A DNA stretch of 63,936 nucleotides, counting the filler, from Octopus bimaculoides (Eukaryota), in NCBI RefSeq assembly GCF_001194135.2. It is 15 parts of 10 records of this genome, joined end to end, with 100 filler letters (N's around TTAATTAATTAA, not from the genome) between each part and the next. Parts side by side here need not be neighbours in the genome. Positions count along the whole stretch, not along the records: positions 1 to 5,954 come from NC_069000.1; positions 6,055 to 11,864 come from NC_068983.1; positions 11,965 to 19,444 come from NC_068982.1; 12 more parts are not named here. One strand, written 5' to 3'. A program made the position numbers and the translations under genes. Below the pieces are notes generated by a model. That model ran no database searches and was not told where the DNA came from. It saw nothing but the letters and a program-made list of their open reading frames with translations. This document shows positions 1 through 13,630 of this stretch, one piece after another. Position 1 is the stretch's first letter. Every line of letters begins with the position of its first letter.

Positions 1-20
1 TATATATACACACATACATA

Positions 21-740
21 CAGAGTACGGTGAATATATTGTCGTCTAAATTACGCAGAAATGAAAACAACACTGACATCTCTTTTTAACGGATATATTT
101 ACCAAAATCACATAAAAATATCTTGAAATACTAAACAGTAAATTTATTCAATAAAATCGCTATTGACTTCAACCACCGCCTCCAGACTACTTCGAATTCT
201 CCTGCAACTATTCTTGACGGTCTCCTCGTTTAAGTAGATGAATGCTTTCATAATTCTTGCCTTCAGTTCATCTTTTGTGTTAGAAAAAATTTCGTTGGTC
301 TCTCACTTAATTGCGCACGACACATAATAATGAAGTGGGTTGCAGTCTGGGGAGTTAGGTGGTCAGATGTTAGGAGTGATGTGGTCAGATGTTAGGAGTG
401 ATGTGGTCACAGAAATTATCTGACAGCCAAGACTGGGTTTTCTTGCTTGTATGGCATGGTGCAGAGTCCTGTTACCAGACATAGGGTCTTCTAGCAGCCA
501 GCTTTTTTACCAAGGGGAGCACTACCTCCGGCACTTGATGTAGGCCTCCGTGTTGAGTCTGAGGCCATGTGGGAGGATGAATGGAGGCACAACTTCGCCA
601 TGACTAGTTATCACTCCAGACACCACGATGTTGGCTGCATGTGTGATTTTTATCACTCTCTGTACATGTTTTGGGGACACGGCAACCCAACGGTATGCCC
701 ACTTTCTGGTGCCCTGAAAAGTGTCATTGCTGCTACGTTG
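21..740 (-). mobile_element. Decayed Tc1/mariner DD37D (maT-like) transposase, 3' half
   Basis: The minus strand reads, with stops and frameshifts, HGLRLNTEAYIKC...RRPYVW*QDSAPCHTSKKTQSWLSDNFCDHITPNI.PPNSPDCNPL(H)YY...LEAVVEVNSDFIE*. There are 37 residues between the second D and the last catalytic position (mutated to H). An internal 22-bp tandem duplication lies at about 361-408. Confidence 0.85.
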
Positions 741-1184
741 TTTCTTCCGGCTAAGATATAAACAATAGATACACTACAATGAAATATAAAACATTGTGAT
801 ACAAATTTCTACCTAAGTAGGTCATAGACAGTGGAGTGTTTGGACTTGAAGACAACAGAGAGAACAGTGCTACACAGTGATACCTACTTATCCATAGGAA
901 GATGTGTCACACTTGGATGTAGAGTAACTTTTAAATAGACAAAATAGCATGAACCATTACCATTTCTGATACGTACCTCTACTTAAGTAGATTGTTGATG
1001 GTCGAGTGCCTTGGCTCTGGAAACAGTAGAGTGAAATGTACTTATATCTAGGCTGATATGTGGCAGTTGGAAATAGAGTAACTTGCCCATAGATATAGTA
1101 GAGTAAGGCATTATTCTTTCTGATACTTCAGTAGTTAGGTGACAGTCGATTCTCTTGGCGTTCAACACAGCATTCTGAACATAC

Positions 1185-1341
1185 CGTATCAGGACAATTA
1201 CCCCCTGTAGGATAATTCCCCCCAACGAAAACCACCACGTAGGACGATTACCCCCTTTAAATCATCATCTGTTGTCCACAGGGGTAATTGTCCTTGGGGT
1301 GGAGTATTGTTCATGGGGGAGGGGGTAAATGTTCTTGACTC
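1185..1341. mobile_element. 157-bp palindromic MITE
   Basis: Flanked by the direct repeat GAACATAC (1177-1184 and 1342-1349). Three GGACAATTACCCCC-like motifs on the left mirror three GGGGTAATTGTCC-like motifs on the right. Confidence 0.7.
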
Positions 1342-1859
1342 GAACATACTATAATGTGTTACCTGCTTACACCTAGAAAGATATGTGAGTATTGACAGTG
1401 AAGTACATTGCCTACACATAGTACAGAGGACTATAACATTGCATTGTGATAGCTATTTATAGCCAGGCAAGTTGTAGAGAGTTAAGTGGCATAGCAATGG
1501 AAACAGTACAATAAATTATGCAGCATTCTTTTACTTATAATTATACTTACATATTCTTAGGTTGGTAAGACAGTTGATATTATTTAAGTCGGGTGTAACT
1601 GGGACAACTTGAACCGCCAACCAATTGTCCGTCTCTGGCTAAACTAGTATTTACTCAGTCTCTTCACAGAATACTACAGCTTTTTGGTTTACTTTTTATG
1701 CTGAGTCCTATATATAAATATAACAAATTTCGAGTTGCCGCCTTAATGTTACAAAGCGAAAGAAGGGAAGCAATTCAGTGCTACCTTTACTGAAAAATAT
1801 CGACCGGGAGGGGAGATAATCTTGGAAATACAGTACTGCTATATAAGAATCTTTCCTAT

Positions 1860-1890
<31 letters not shown>

Positions 1891-3411
1891 TCATGCGTGC
1901 GTGCGTGCCTGTGCATGTGTGTGCGCGTGTGTGTGTAAGTGCGTGTGTGTGTGCGTGTGTGTATATATATATATATANNNNNNNNNNNNNNNNNNNNNNN
2001 NNNNNNNNNNNNNNNNNNNNNNNNNNNNNNNNNNNNNNNNNNNNNNNNNNNNNNNNNNNNNNNNNNNNNNNNNNNNNNNNNNNNNNNNNNNNNNNNNNNN
2101 NNNNNNNNNNNNNNNNNNNNNNNNNNNNNNNNNNNNNNNNNNNNNNNNNNNNNNNNNNNNNNNNNNNNNNNNNNNNNNNNNNNNNNNNNNNNNNNNNNNN
2201 NNNNNNNNNNNNNNNNNNNNNNNNNNNNNNNNNNNNNNNNNNNNNNNNNNNNNNNNNNNNNNNNNNNNNNNNNNNNNNNNNNNNNNNNNNNNNNNNNNNN
2301 NNNNNNNNNNNNNNNNNNNNNNNNNNNNNNNNNNNNNNNNNNNNNNNNNNNNNNNNNNGAGAGAGAGAGAGAGAGGGAGAGAAGGAATAAAAGATGAAAG
2401 GGAGTGTGAAATAAGAACTGAAATATGTTAAGCGCATAAACCAACACTACATACAAGATAAAAAGTTAATGAAACAAACATACAGATCGCCTCCTCGATT
2501 ACTAAAGAGATATTCATTTAATTAAATATTGTTTTATTATGCTTCCTATACATAATGTTTGAGAGACATTGTCTTAAACAAATAATGAAAAACAGAATTC
2601 TGACAATCACGGAACTAAGATTTGACATCTTTCGATTCCAATCCGACCCACCGATGGATGCTTTTGATAAGCGAGATAAGGAAGGTGGAAAATGGCAGAA
2701 AAGAGAAAATTTGACACATGGTGGAAAACAGAAAATTTGACGAAGGCAAGATGGAGAAATCTACAGTCATAGCATTCTGGCCCAGAATCAACTGCCAAAG
2801 GACAATACCAAGGGTAGAAGCATCAGCAACGACAACAAAAACAACAGTAACAGAAACAACAACAAAAATATCAATAACAGCAACAATGAGAAGAACAACA
2901 TAACCCTGGGATCAACAACAAATAGAAAACGAGATATAATAATAAGGAGAGAAACAACAGCGAAAACTACCACAACAGTATTAGGTGCAAAATCAAAGTA
3001 CGACGACATGAATAACAAGAATAGCACGAGTGACATCAGCAACTATTTCACTGTTGTTCGACTGTTTATGTTTTGCCAAGGTACTAAATTACGGGGACCT
3101 AAATATGTCAACACCGGTTGTCAAGCGGTAGTGAGTGTAGATATAGACGCAACATCACGCTCCGGTTTTTTGTTCTATGTGTGCCATAAATATCGCCATC
3201 CGCTTTAGAGAAAAATTTGTAGTTTAGAATCAGTAGTTCTTTGACTGCTATTTCTAAATTTTCAGTATGTTGGAGAAGCAACTCAATTGCTAATCCCTGT
3301 ATATTTATGATGATAAATAATTTTTCCGATAAAGGTTTTCATACTGAACTACTTGGCAAAATTGTTAATTATTAATTCTATTATTAATTGACGATTCCCT
3401 GCCCTTATTCT

Positions 3412-3474
<63 letters not shown>

Positions 3475-3843
3475 CTACACTTTTCTCTGCAAAATAGGGG
3501 TAGTTTATCCTGTTCAGGTTATATTATTAGAATTTTTCTGCGATTGAGAATTTAAAATCATATTATATTATATTATATTATAATATATATGTATATATAC
3601 ACTTATATAAGAAGTTAAAGTTAGAAAGGATTTGGAAATTATGACATGAACTTCATTATCTTCCAACTTCATCCTATAGCTTCCAGTGGTGTAACTTAAT
3701 GATATTCTCTTATTCATTTATCATTCTAATTTCTTAGACACACATACATAACGCACACACACGTGCACCTATGTGTTGTGTGTGTATGTAAGTGTGTATG
3801 TATGTATGTACGTATGTATGTATATATATATCTATATATATAT

Positions 3844-3890
<47 letters not shown>

Positions 3891-3893
3891 CAC

Positions 3894-3938
<45 letters not shown>

Positions 3939-3964
3939 ACGTCTCTGTCTCTACGTATTTCATT

Positions 3965-4285
3965 GGATTTTGGTCTGCTATCCAAGTAGCAATTCCATCC
4001 ATCACACTTATATTCCTGCGGCGGTTGTAGAAGATAGAGTCCTCAGCATCTTTCCATAGGATGGGTCATATCATAGAGGCAACTTTCCTTTCATTTTCCA
4101 GCTAGATTTCCAAGTATAATCAACGGTAACTATAAGTAATTTCGAACCATCTCATTTGGGTTTACCCTTAGTTCTTCTGCTGGTTGGCTCGACTTGAATA
4201 TGTCTTTTGCAATTCTTTTTCGCGACATTCTCATTACATATCTGTAGTATCCAAATATTAACATAACATGTCTGCTTGATTTTCT
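3965..4285 (-). mobile_element. RTE-clade LINE 3' relic
   Basis: The minus strand gives GYYRYVMRMSRKRIAKDIFK..., then RRTKGKPK after a frameshift, resembling the RTE C-terminal W.GHV.RM...R..K...R.RG.P..RW motif. Confidence 0.55.
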
Positions 4286-4287
4286 GA

Positions 4288-4500
4288 AGAATTAGAATGC
4301 GAGCTGGCAGGATCATTAGCACACCAGGAAAAGTGCTTAGTGGCATTTCGTCCCTCTTTACGTTCCCGGTTCGAATTTCGCTTAGGTCGTCTTTGCCTTT
4401 CATCATTTCAGATTCGATAAAATACGTACCAGTTGTGTCCTGTAATCGACTTATCCCTTCGCCCGAGATTGCTGGCCTTGTGCCAAAACTTGAAATATAT
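4288..4500 (+). mobile_element. SINE family C copy (other fragments at about 21828-21965, 23118-23325, 34732-34833, 37696-37890, 39310-39460, 43625-44400, 51561-51635, 61880-61985, 62700-62810)
   Basis: Recurrent core ttacgttctgagttcaaattccgccgaggtcgactttgcctttcatcc...gtaccag...gtaatcgac...ggccttgtgcc, usually followed by an agaaagg(att)n tail. Confidence 0.75.
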
Positions 4501-6054
4501 TCTGCACAAGTATAACTGTATTAGCCATTACTAGATATATAGACGTTGAATATCTCGCTAAGTTCACAGAGCTAAAACTTCCATTTCTGCCGCTGTTTTG
4601 ACCATGAATGCACAAGAATAAGATTCATCCACCCACGGTATCCTTTTATTAAATAGTTTCTTCATCATTCTTTCTGTATTAACATATACGCATTGATCAT
4701 GCGCAAGCTCGATTAGATTAATGTAGGATTATCTTCTTAGCAACAATAAAAAATATCACTTTACATTTTATGACAAGAAACATTGTAGCAAGACAAGCTG
4801 CAAGCCTGGCTATTATTTAACAAGTTAATATTGAGAAGAGGCTTAAGGCACGTAATATTGACAGATTCGTTTGAACGTCAGATAAAAAGGCAAAAATAAG
4901 AAAACAAAAATGGCTTGCTGTATTTAGTTTATACTGGCTATGGTCTTCCTTAAAATTCCACCAAATTTGACTTATCGATTAATTCTTCCACCGGGTGATG
5001 AGCAAGGATAAAATGTGCACCAATAATGTATAGTTTAGATGATTTATATATCTAATAATCATGAGCAATAGCGTAATTAATTACTGCTTTCCAACAGAAT
5101 AACGATTTGCTCGGTGAAGTTATTGGGGCGAGATTGACAAGGATGCGCTTGTAAGTGGATGGACACAGCCTTAATAAATCCGGATTTACATTGGTTTTTA
5201 CTTCCTTTACTCGCACGCACGCTTTCTCTCTCTCTCTCACACACACACATACACATACACACACATGAAGTGTCCTCTGCTGTCATTCAGTCTACTCTTC
5301 ATCGGTGGTTCATTCATTGGTGAACTCGAAGCCATGTGCCGCTCACTGAGATCGAATCCATGATTACATAACTCAGAAGCAAACTCCAGAATCACAGATA
5401 AATGCCATGTCTGCGTTAATTAAATCGATTCTTGCCTTACATTCAGCCACAATTCTTTTTGAAACTCATCCTATTTTTTTGTTTGTGTTTTTTTTTAATG
5501 AAAATAAAACAATATTTGAAAGAGTTCTTTTATTCCCCATACAATGGAAAATAGCTGGAAAACTAGAAAAAGCAACTTCTAATCCTCAACTTTCCCACCC
5601 CATTAAAAAGTCAAATTTTATTTTTATCTATTCATTTACTTGTTTTTTTTTTTATTTATTAGCAAAGAAATTTCCGATATTTCTGGATTTATTCTACATC
5701 AATGAAACCTTTAGAACTAAAGATTATGGGCAAATTTAAAATAGTAATAAATGAATTGATGAATGAATGAATAAATAAATAAATAATATAAAAAAAAAGT
5801 AGCGTCAGTGAATAAATTATTAATTATATTTGGGTGAGTATGAGGTCAAATTCTAGAATGCTTGAAATTGGGTCACAAAAGAATTCAAAAGAGTCATTGA
5901 CGTTTAAAAAAACGCCTGTGCAAATACTTTAATACGTCGTGAATTTATTGATCTNNNNNNNNNNNNNNNNNNNNNNNNNNNNNNNNNNNNNNNNNNNNTT
6001 AATTAATTAANNNNNNNNNNNNNNNNNNNNNNNNNNNNNNNNNNNNNNNNNNNN

Positions 6055-6299
6055 ATAATAAAAAAATATTCAGACAAATACATAACAAAAACACCAGGAC
6101 TTACAAATATATATAACATACAGAAAATTGCACTACTGGGTACTGCACACATTCTACGCAAAACACTTTCAATACAGTAAACATAAGAGCACCACAGCAA
6201 ACCACAGCACATACCCAAGGCGCACAGAGCTGCGCTCGGTAGTGAAGTGAAAGCACGTTATAAAAATAAAACTACTGAATAATAATAATAATAATAATA
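6055..6299 (+). mobile_element. Dong/R4-clade (REL endonuclease) retrotransposon 3' end
   Basis: Reads KYSDKYITKTPGLTNIYNIQKIALLGTAHILRKTLSIQ*, then a short 3' UTR ending in (AAT)n at 6278-6299. Confidence 0.75.
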
Positions 6300-6887
6300 C
6301 AAAAAAAATAACCTTCACTTGTTAACAGACGGACATACGATGTTCTTACCATCTCGAAGATATAAGTTCGATCCCAATGGGTGCAATCTTGAGCAAGTGT
6401 TTTCACCATCAACGCGTAGCGGCCCAAACTTTATGTGTGAAACTGATTATAGGGAAATTGTGAGGAAGCTTGTCGTATGGTTTGTACCAGTAATTTACAT
6501 GTCAAACCCTCTCACACACAATGTCCCACTGACTCTCTTTCTGAATAACGCTAATGGTACACTTGTCTGTGGAATACTCAACCAACTACATGCAATTTCG
6601 ATAAGAAGGGATTCAGTTGATAGAACAACCGAATATCGACAGTCGGCAGTGACGGAGATCCATTTCTTAATTACAGCTAGCACACAGTCACTCGAGGTGC
6701 TAGAAACAGGAGCGAAATCTCTTTCAACTCAAAGAATATTGTTTTAAAAAAGAGAGGGCGTGTTGAATGAGGTAGTCCAAGATAAACTGTGGCTGAAACG
6801 AAGACGGCGTAGGATCGGTTAACATATCTTTCAGCACAAGCCGGTAGGGTCACGGTTGGATTGGGGCTAAACCACTACTGCTACATA

Positions 6888-7043
6888 AAGAAGAAGAAGA
6901 AGAAGAAGAAGAAGAAGAAGAAGAAGAAGAAGAAGAAGAAGAAGAAGAAGAAGAAGAAGAAGAAGAAGAAGAAGAAGAAGAAGAAGAAGAAGAAGAAGAA
7001 GAAGAAGAAGAAGAAGAAGAAGAAGAAGAAGAAGAAGAAGAAA
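6888..7043. repeat. (AAG)n microsatellite
   Basis: About 50 perfect AAG units; source of the poly-K/S/L ORFs in the track. Confidence 0.98.
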
Positions 7044-7659
7044 CATGTCTATCGACATAATCATCACAACAACAGTCATCAACATCATTATCATCATCGT
7101 CGTCGTGGTATTCCCCTCCCACCGTCGACTTCTCTACTTTTTCACCCCCACCACCAAGACCACCACCATCATCATCATCATCATCATCATCAATCACAAC
7201 ATCATCATCAGCAGCAGCAGCAGCACAGAGCAGAGTGTACACCTAGCAGCAATAAATTTAGAAAGCTGTGATAAGGTATGTAGAATTAGTGATAGAATGA
7301 GTTAGAGTGCAAATGATATTGTTTATGACCAGGTCTCTGTGGTGGTAGTGGTGGTGTTGGTGGGAGGTGTTCGTATTTATTGGTTTGGAAGAAACGCATT
7401 GCAGACGATCGTTTCTTGGTTTGAGACGATAAAACCATTAATGTTTAGCCTTTGGTAAAACATCACCGATTGTCGTCTTCTTGCTCAAAACACCGCACCA
7501 CACCTCACCGTCTATATTCAAGCATTGATTACATTATACACAGCACACACATACACACACACATACACACATACACATACATACATACATACATATATAT
7601 ATACATACATACATACATACATACATACATACAAACATACATACATACGTACTTACATA

Positions 7660-7818
7660 CAGGGGCGGACTCAGAGTATCAAGAGTCCTCTGGCATAAAC
7701 TGTTTACCGGGCCCCTTTGAATGTGTGTTTTAATAGAATTAACATGCAGAGTGCGGGCCCGCCAGAGCTTCGGGCCGTCGAGCAGTGCCCGATTGACCGA
7801 TGGCTCAGTCTGCCCCTA
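7660..7818. mobile_element. 159-bp hAT-type MITE inserted in (TACA)n
   Basis: TIRs CAGGGGCGGACT and AGTCTGCCCCTA; 8-bp flanks CTTACATA and CATACATA (7/8 match). Confidence 0.65.
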
Positions 7819-7831
7819 CATACATACGTAC

Positions 7832-8310
7832 CCCAGTGGATGTTGACATAAAGCTGAAGATCAGTGAAAAAGAGAACACCTATGCTGAACTATTGAGAAT
7901 TCTGCAGTTACTCTATCCAGATTGCAAGTTCAGGTTTATACCTGTAATTATTGGGGTATTGGGATATGTAACACACTGCCTATGTTTCGATCTTGAGAAT
8001 TTAGGCTTCTCAAAACCAGAAAGGAGAAAGCTAATTCGAAGACTACAGATCCAATCCATCCCTGGAAATGTAAAAATCTGTAAAACTTCCCAGTTTATCA
8101 TTTAAATATATATGAGCATGTCTAGATATGTAGCTATATGCATGAAAATACTTACATAAAACAAGCAAATATACACATACATACGTACATACATACATAC
8201 ATACATACATACATACATACATACATACATACATAAAAACAAACAAACAAAAATTCCCTATTGCTGATGTTGAAATTCCGATGAAGGAGCCTTGCATCTA
8301 GTTCTAAACA
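7832..8310 (+). mobile_element. 5'-truncated REL-endonuclease non-LTR retrotransposon (second family), copy 1
   Basis: Reads PVDVDIKLKISEKENTYAELLRILQLLYPDCKFRFIPVIIGVLG...KICKTSQFII*; homologous to the copy at 47290-47865. Confidence 0.8.
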
Positions 8311-9243
8311 AATATCATAGAAGAGACTCTTTTGCTATTAATAAACATATTGGATCTTCCCATCTGAATAACGAACCTTCACTGAATTATGCTCTTTCCA
8401 GCTCCATACAGGGGATATTAAGTAGAGAAGTGTGTGTGTATGCATGTGTTCTTGTTCTTGTTATCGTTGGTTGGTGTGAGGTGATGAGTGGTAGCGTTGC
8501 TGAATGAAAATATATTTCTTGTGAACACTTCGCAGACAATTTTTGTCATCGCACATAGTTTTAACGATGTGCGATTTTACAAATACTAGCAGTAATAATT
8601 ACATAGTCGGAGAGACATGCTGCTTGGAGTTTACGACAAGCTTACTAATACACCAATCTATGGTCTTACTTGCCCATCACAACTGGAAAATAATTGCGCT
8701 ATATTCGTGGCAACAAAACTTTCTGTCTACTATCGTCCATCCGTCTTAAACGGTTGGATATGGTGAGAATGGAGATACACGCACTGCTGCCTCAACATTC
8801 TGCAATTAGCTTTAAAATAGCCGTTTTATAGAGCAGAAAAAGGTTTTAGAAGATTGAATCACGCTGATTGGTTGCTTAGTAGACCGGGCTCGTGAGGCTA
8901 TTGTGGTTTGATCGTGATGTCTGGCCGGCTAACTAACGGTTCGTTTCCAGTTACTGCTACACATATATGTGAGTTTGTGTGTGTAACAGCGAGATAGAGA
9001 GAGATAAAGAGAAAGTGGGAGAGAAAGAGAAAGAGAGAGAGTGTGAAAGAGAGAAAGCGAGGAGAAAAAGGAATTATATTTGTAAACAATTTCTGTTTTA
9101 CTGCACTGTATGATCTATTCTGTAATTATTCTCTCTGGTTTATGAATCCACACCAGGACACACCAATTCCCAAACTGTTTGGTTTTCGTTTCTCACAGTT
9201 TTTATCAAAATGTTGGATTTGAAAGTATGTTTTACTGAACAGC

Positions 9244-9328
<85 letters not shown>

Positions 9329-10574
9329 CGTGTAAAATATGGATATGTTTGAGAGTTAATTATGTCTGAAAGATAATTATATTTTCTATATTGAATTAAT
9401 CAATGTTCTTTCTGTTTCAATAATTATATATTTTGCTGTTATTTTTTTTGCTTCGTTTAAAACGGGGGACGCTTCATCCAACAAACTTTTTGATGCTAAA
9501 AGTAATTAATAATAAGTTAATTTATAAAAATGAGATTATTAATGAGAAAATAAAAGGTTTTAAAATATTTTTACTTAATAGTAAAGAATTCATATAAAAT
9601 TAAAAATTATGCGTGCCCTCCCTTCATAGGAACCTGCATGTGAGCAATGGGGTCCTCGCTGTCCATGACATTTTACAGGAAGTTTGGTACCGGTGGGAGG
9701 AAGAGGGAAAAATATAACGTCAGACCTGGGTCAAATGGTCACGATAGAGAGGACCCTGTTAAAACCATTCGAAGATCATGTGGTGGTGCTTAACCGGATG
9801 TTAGATCAAGTTTACTTCCAAGAACGGGTACACTGGGCCCTACCCGACATACTTCTGCACTGTTTCTCTTCTCTTGAAAAACGCTGAATCTTCTGAGCAC
9901 GAAATATAAATCACACAGCCATGTCGAAAATACAACATACACTCGACTTCAAATACTGAATCAAACATTTAAGAGTAACTCACGCAATTTTAAACCCAGA
10001 TACACGAAGGGTAGAAAGTGTTCACCATGCTGATAGGGGAAAAGATTCAATTGTGATACAGGTATAATAGAATCTGAATTTAGTCTGATCCCTTCATCTG
10101 AAAATCAGATAGAAGGGGATATATTGAAATATGGCGATGGACTACAGAGAGGACAGCTCATTTGCTAAGTTGTGTGACGTCATGTGCAGAACGCATGTCA
10201 AACTAGAATTACAAAAGTTTTCAAAATTCGTTGAATCAGTTTTCGTGATTCTAACTCTAACAGGGTCGACTAAGTTTCCTGTAACACTCGTGTGAACCGA
10301 ACTATATTAACATATTTGGTTGTAATCTCGGGAGTCATTATCTCAATAATAAACGAACGCTGTGATACTTCTTATTGTTTATTCGTCAAGTAATTAACAA
10401 TCTAAACAATTGACGAATCATTTGATTAATCTTTCGATTAATCAATCAACCAGCTATGTTTGTTAACGCCCTTTCGTTGCCATTCACGACCTCATCAATA
10501 TCATATCCTCTTTGCTTCAAGAAGAGATACAACAAAATTCCTTTCAATCCATCAATTCACGTCAAAAATCTCGC

Positions 10575-11086
10575 GGGCGTGGCTCTGTGGCAAGAAGCCT
10601 ACTTCCCAAGCACATGATTACAGGTTCAGTCCCCACTGCGTAGACCTTTGAGCAGGTGTCTTCTACCGTAGGCTCAGGCCGACCAGAAGCTTGTGAGTGG
10701 ATTTGGTAGATGGAAACTAAAACAAGCCCATTGTATATGCATATGTGAGTGTATTTGTGAGTGTGTGCGTATGTGTGTACGTGTGCATGTGTATGTGTGT
10801 GTGAGTGTGTTTGTGTGTGTATGCGTGTATGTTTGTGTGTGTGTGTGTGTATGCGTGCGTTTGTTTGTTTCTGTGTTTCTTTTTGTCTCTGTGTGAGTAT
10901 GCGTGAGTGTGTGTGTGTTCTTGTGTGTGTGTGTGTGTATGTGTGTGCTTGTTTTTGTATGTGTGCGTGTGTGTGTGTGAATGTGTGTGTTTGTGTGTTT
11001 GTGTCTGTCTGTGTGTTTGTATGTGTGTGTATGCATGCGTGTGTGTCTTTGTTTGTGAGTGTGCGTGTGTGTGTGTGTTGTGTGCT

Positions 11087-11125
<39 letters not shown>

Positions 11126-11345
11126 TTGTGTATGTGTGTGTGCGTGTGTGTCACCCACCACTGTTTGACAACCAGTCTTGGTGTGTTTACACCCCAATAA
11201 CCTAGCAATCCGTCAAAAGGTTTCGATAGAATAAGTATCAGGCTTGAAACTTACTAGGGTCCGATTCATTCGACAGGAAATTCTTGAAAGCGGTGCCCCA
11301 GTATGGCCGCAGTCTAATGACTGAAGCAAACAGAAGACAAAAAAG
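10575..11345 (+). mobile_element. tRNA-derived SINE family A with expanded internal (TG)n
   Basis: Head gtggctctgtggcaagaag...ggttcagtccccactgcg, core gtgagtggatttggtagatggaaact, about 420 bp of degenerate TG repeat, and tail tatggccgcagtctaatgactgaa. Confidence 0.85.
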
Positions 11346-11964
11346 ACAACAAAAGCCAATTACAAAAACTAAACAGAGCAAGCGAATGCGCCCATCCCCT
11401 TTGTGTATGGTCTGTATCTACTCCAAATAAATCATTGGTGTACGTTGCCACCCCTAACATTGACACAACAACAACAACAAAACGAACCCTAATGCTTTGC
11501 CTGAAAATAGACAGAAATAAAATGAGAGAATCATGTATTTATGTCCAAATATATCAACTTTCATAGACATTTGCAACAATGAATCTATTTTGAGGAAATT
11601 ATAAAAGAGTGTTTTTGACAAGGTGCAAAGCTTAGCTCCCACCTTCCATGCGGTTATGGTATTGGAGTTAAACCAGGAATCAATATTGTTATCACCAAGA
11701 TCTTGATATCAAAACAGAGAGAGAGAGGGAGAAGTGAGACGGAGGGAGGGAATGGCGGAGGAATTAGAGAAAGGGTGAGATTGCGATAGAGAATGGGGGA
11801 TGGAAAGAGAATGAAAGCAGGAAGAGTAGGTGGGTGGATGGGTGTGAAGAAATATCTATATATANNNNNNNNNNNNNNNNNNNNNNNNNNNNNNNNNNNN
11901 NNNNNNNNTTAATTAATTAANNNNNNNNNNNNNNNNNNNNNNNNNNNNNNNNNNNNNNNNNNNN

Positions 11965-12180
11965 ACGAGTGTTGCAGCTGATCTGATCAACGGAACAGAC
12001 TGCTCGTGAAATTAACGTGCAAGTGACTGAGTACTCCGCAGACACGCGTACATTTAACGTAGTTCTCAGTGAGATTCAGAGCGACACAAATTGTGACGAG
12101 GCTGGCCCTTTGAATTACAGGTATCACTCGTTTTTGCCAGCTGAGTGGACTGGAGCAACGTGAAATAGTGTCTTGTTCAA
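11965..12180 (-). mobile_element. SINE family B fragment (related fragment at about 13985-14265)
   Basis: Matches the tgctcgtgaaattaacgtgcaagtggctgagcactccacagacac core of the copies at 24270-24656 and 59318-59709. Confidence 0.75.
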
Positions 12181-12289
12181 ATTGTCCGATGTTCCTTAAA
12201 GCCTCCCTATGTTCGCTAAAGTTTTCCCACGTTCTTTCAAGTATATATCCAGCCCCTATACTCCGTAAATTGCCCTTATATTCCTTAAG

Positions 12290-12507
12290 CCATTAGCGTT
12301 TAAACGGACCACTTCTGGCTCAAATATTCCACATGTTTTATGCTCATATCAGCGAGATCCTCCCTGTCGAACCTACCCTACAATGTCATTCTAAAAATAA
12401 ACAATCACATCATCGAAATCGTGAAGCTATGAGATAATGTAGATTAATTTAAAACAATATGAATAAATAAGCATTACATTAGACAGAGTAACTTGAATAT
12501 TAAGGGG
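12290..12507. mobile_element. Degenerate piggyBac-type MITE
   Basis: TTAA at 12286-12289 and 12508-12511 flank imperfect inverted ends GCCATTAGCGTTT and AATATTAAGGGG. Confidence 0.45.
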
Positions 12508-13559
12508 TTAAGAAGCTTTTTCCTTAAACCGTTACTTGCTCCCCTCACCAAAAGCATATATCTCATGTTTCCTCGCAGAAGACGTCCCTTCCCTCGTTGC
12601 CTCGCTTTCATTAAAGTTTTTCAACTGAATTCGTGCTAGAAATTCCGAGAGAGCACGCACGTCTGTTCGTCAGAGTAATACTACATTTTGTTTTCATACT
12701 GATTTAATTTCAGCCTCTATTTTAATGTTTTTACACCAAATGACTGCGGAGATTGTTTTTTGTTTACAAAGTCGTTTCTAGATTAAACAGAAGTAACCAA
12801 TGTCACATGATATGCTTGATCAAGGTTTATCTCTCAGTTTTTTTTACTAAATTTATTTACGACTCTTGATAAAAAATACTGTATTTAGATGATTAAAATC
12901 GTATTATGACGATATGTATAGACATTCCTATGTGTTAAGATGCGGAGTGCCAAGTAACTAAGTACAGCTGTGTAGCTTAGAGTTTCACGTCCAAACTGTT
13001 GGCTGAATCCCACTGCATGGCTCCTTGAGCAAGTATCTTTGATCATAACTTCAAGGAGGGAGATTCGGTAGATGGAAATTGTACGGGAGCTCGTCATAGG
13101 AACCATGGTAGATTTAATCCGTTTAACACCAACGAATGTTCGTTAGTTGACTTTAGCGGAGTCCACTCTGTCGGAAGTATTCAGCCCTGGTCCCCCTTCT
13201 GTAGATAACTGCCCATCTCTTCCTCCCCAACAATCACAGAGGCCCTAAAAAGTGTCTTAGGCGTTGCCCTTAACGCTCTGATTTCTCAGGTTCGTATGGC
13301 TCATTGAATGACATCGCAATCAGCCCGATTCGTATAATCTCACCAGAACTGTGCTATGTCCATTGTCGAAGTACTCAACTCTCAAAAATTCATGTCCGCT
13401 TAGCTATGAATGAGCTGCAGTGGAAGAAGTCGGAGCACTGTGAAATGTATGAGAGTTTCGTTGGATTGCAAAACTGGGTTGTTTTTATTGTAGTTTGGCT
13501 TTCAATGGGCGTAGGCAGAATTTGAACCACCCGGAGCAGTTGTTGAATTAGCTGTCTTC

Positions 13560-13612
<53 letters not shown>

Positions 13613-13630
13613 AATAATAATAATAATAAT

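Noticed and set aside
5999-6010. TTAATTAATTAA embedded between N runs, repeated at about 15 gaps
   Set aside because: Identical 12-mer with stops in all six frames centred in fixed-length gaps; a scaffolding spacer, not biology.
8278-8310. CCGATGAAGGAGCC...TAAAC, a hammerhead-like remnant in the REL element 3' UTR
   Set aside because: Both core motifs are mutated and the sister copy at about 47780 lacks them.
8599-8766. Frame ending ...FVATKLSVYYRPSV, reminiscent of an Ig G-strand
   Set aside because: There is an in-frame stop just upstream, the acceptor is poor, there is no donor and no Ig cysteine pattern.
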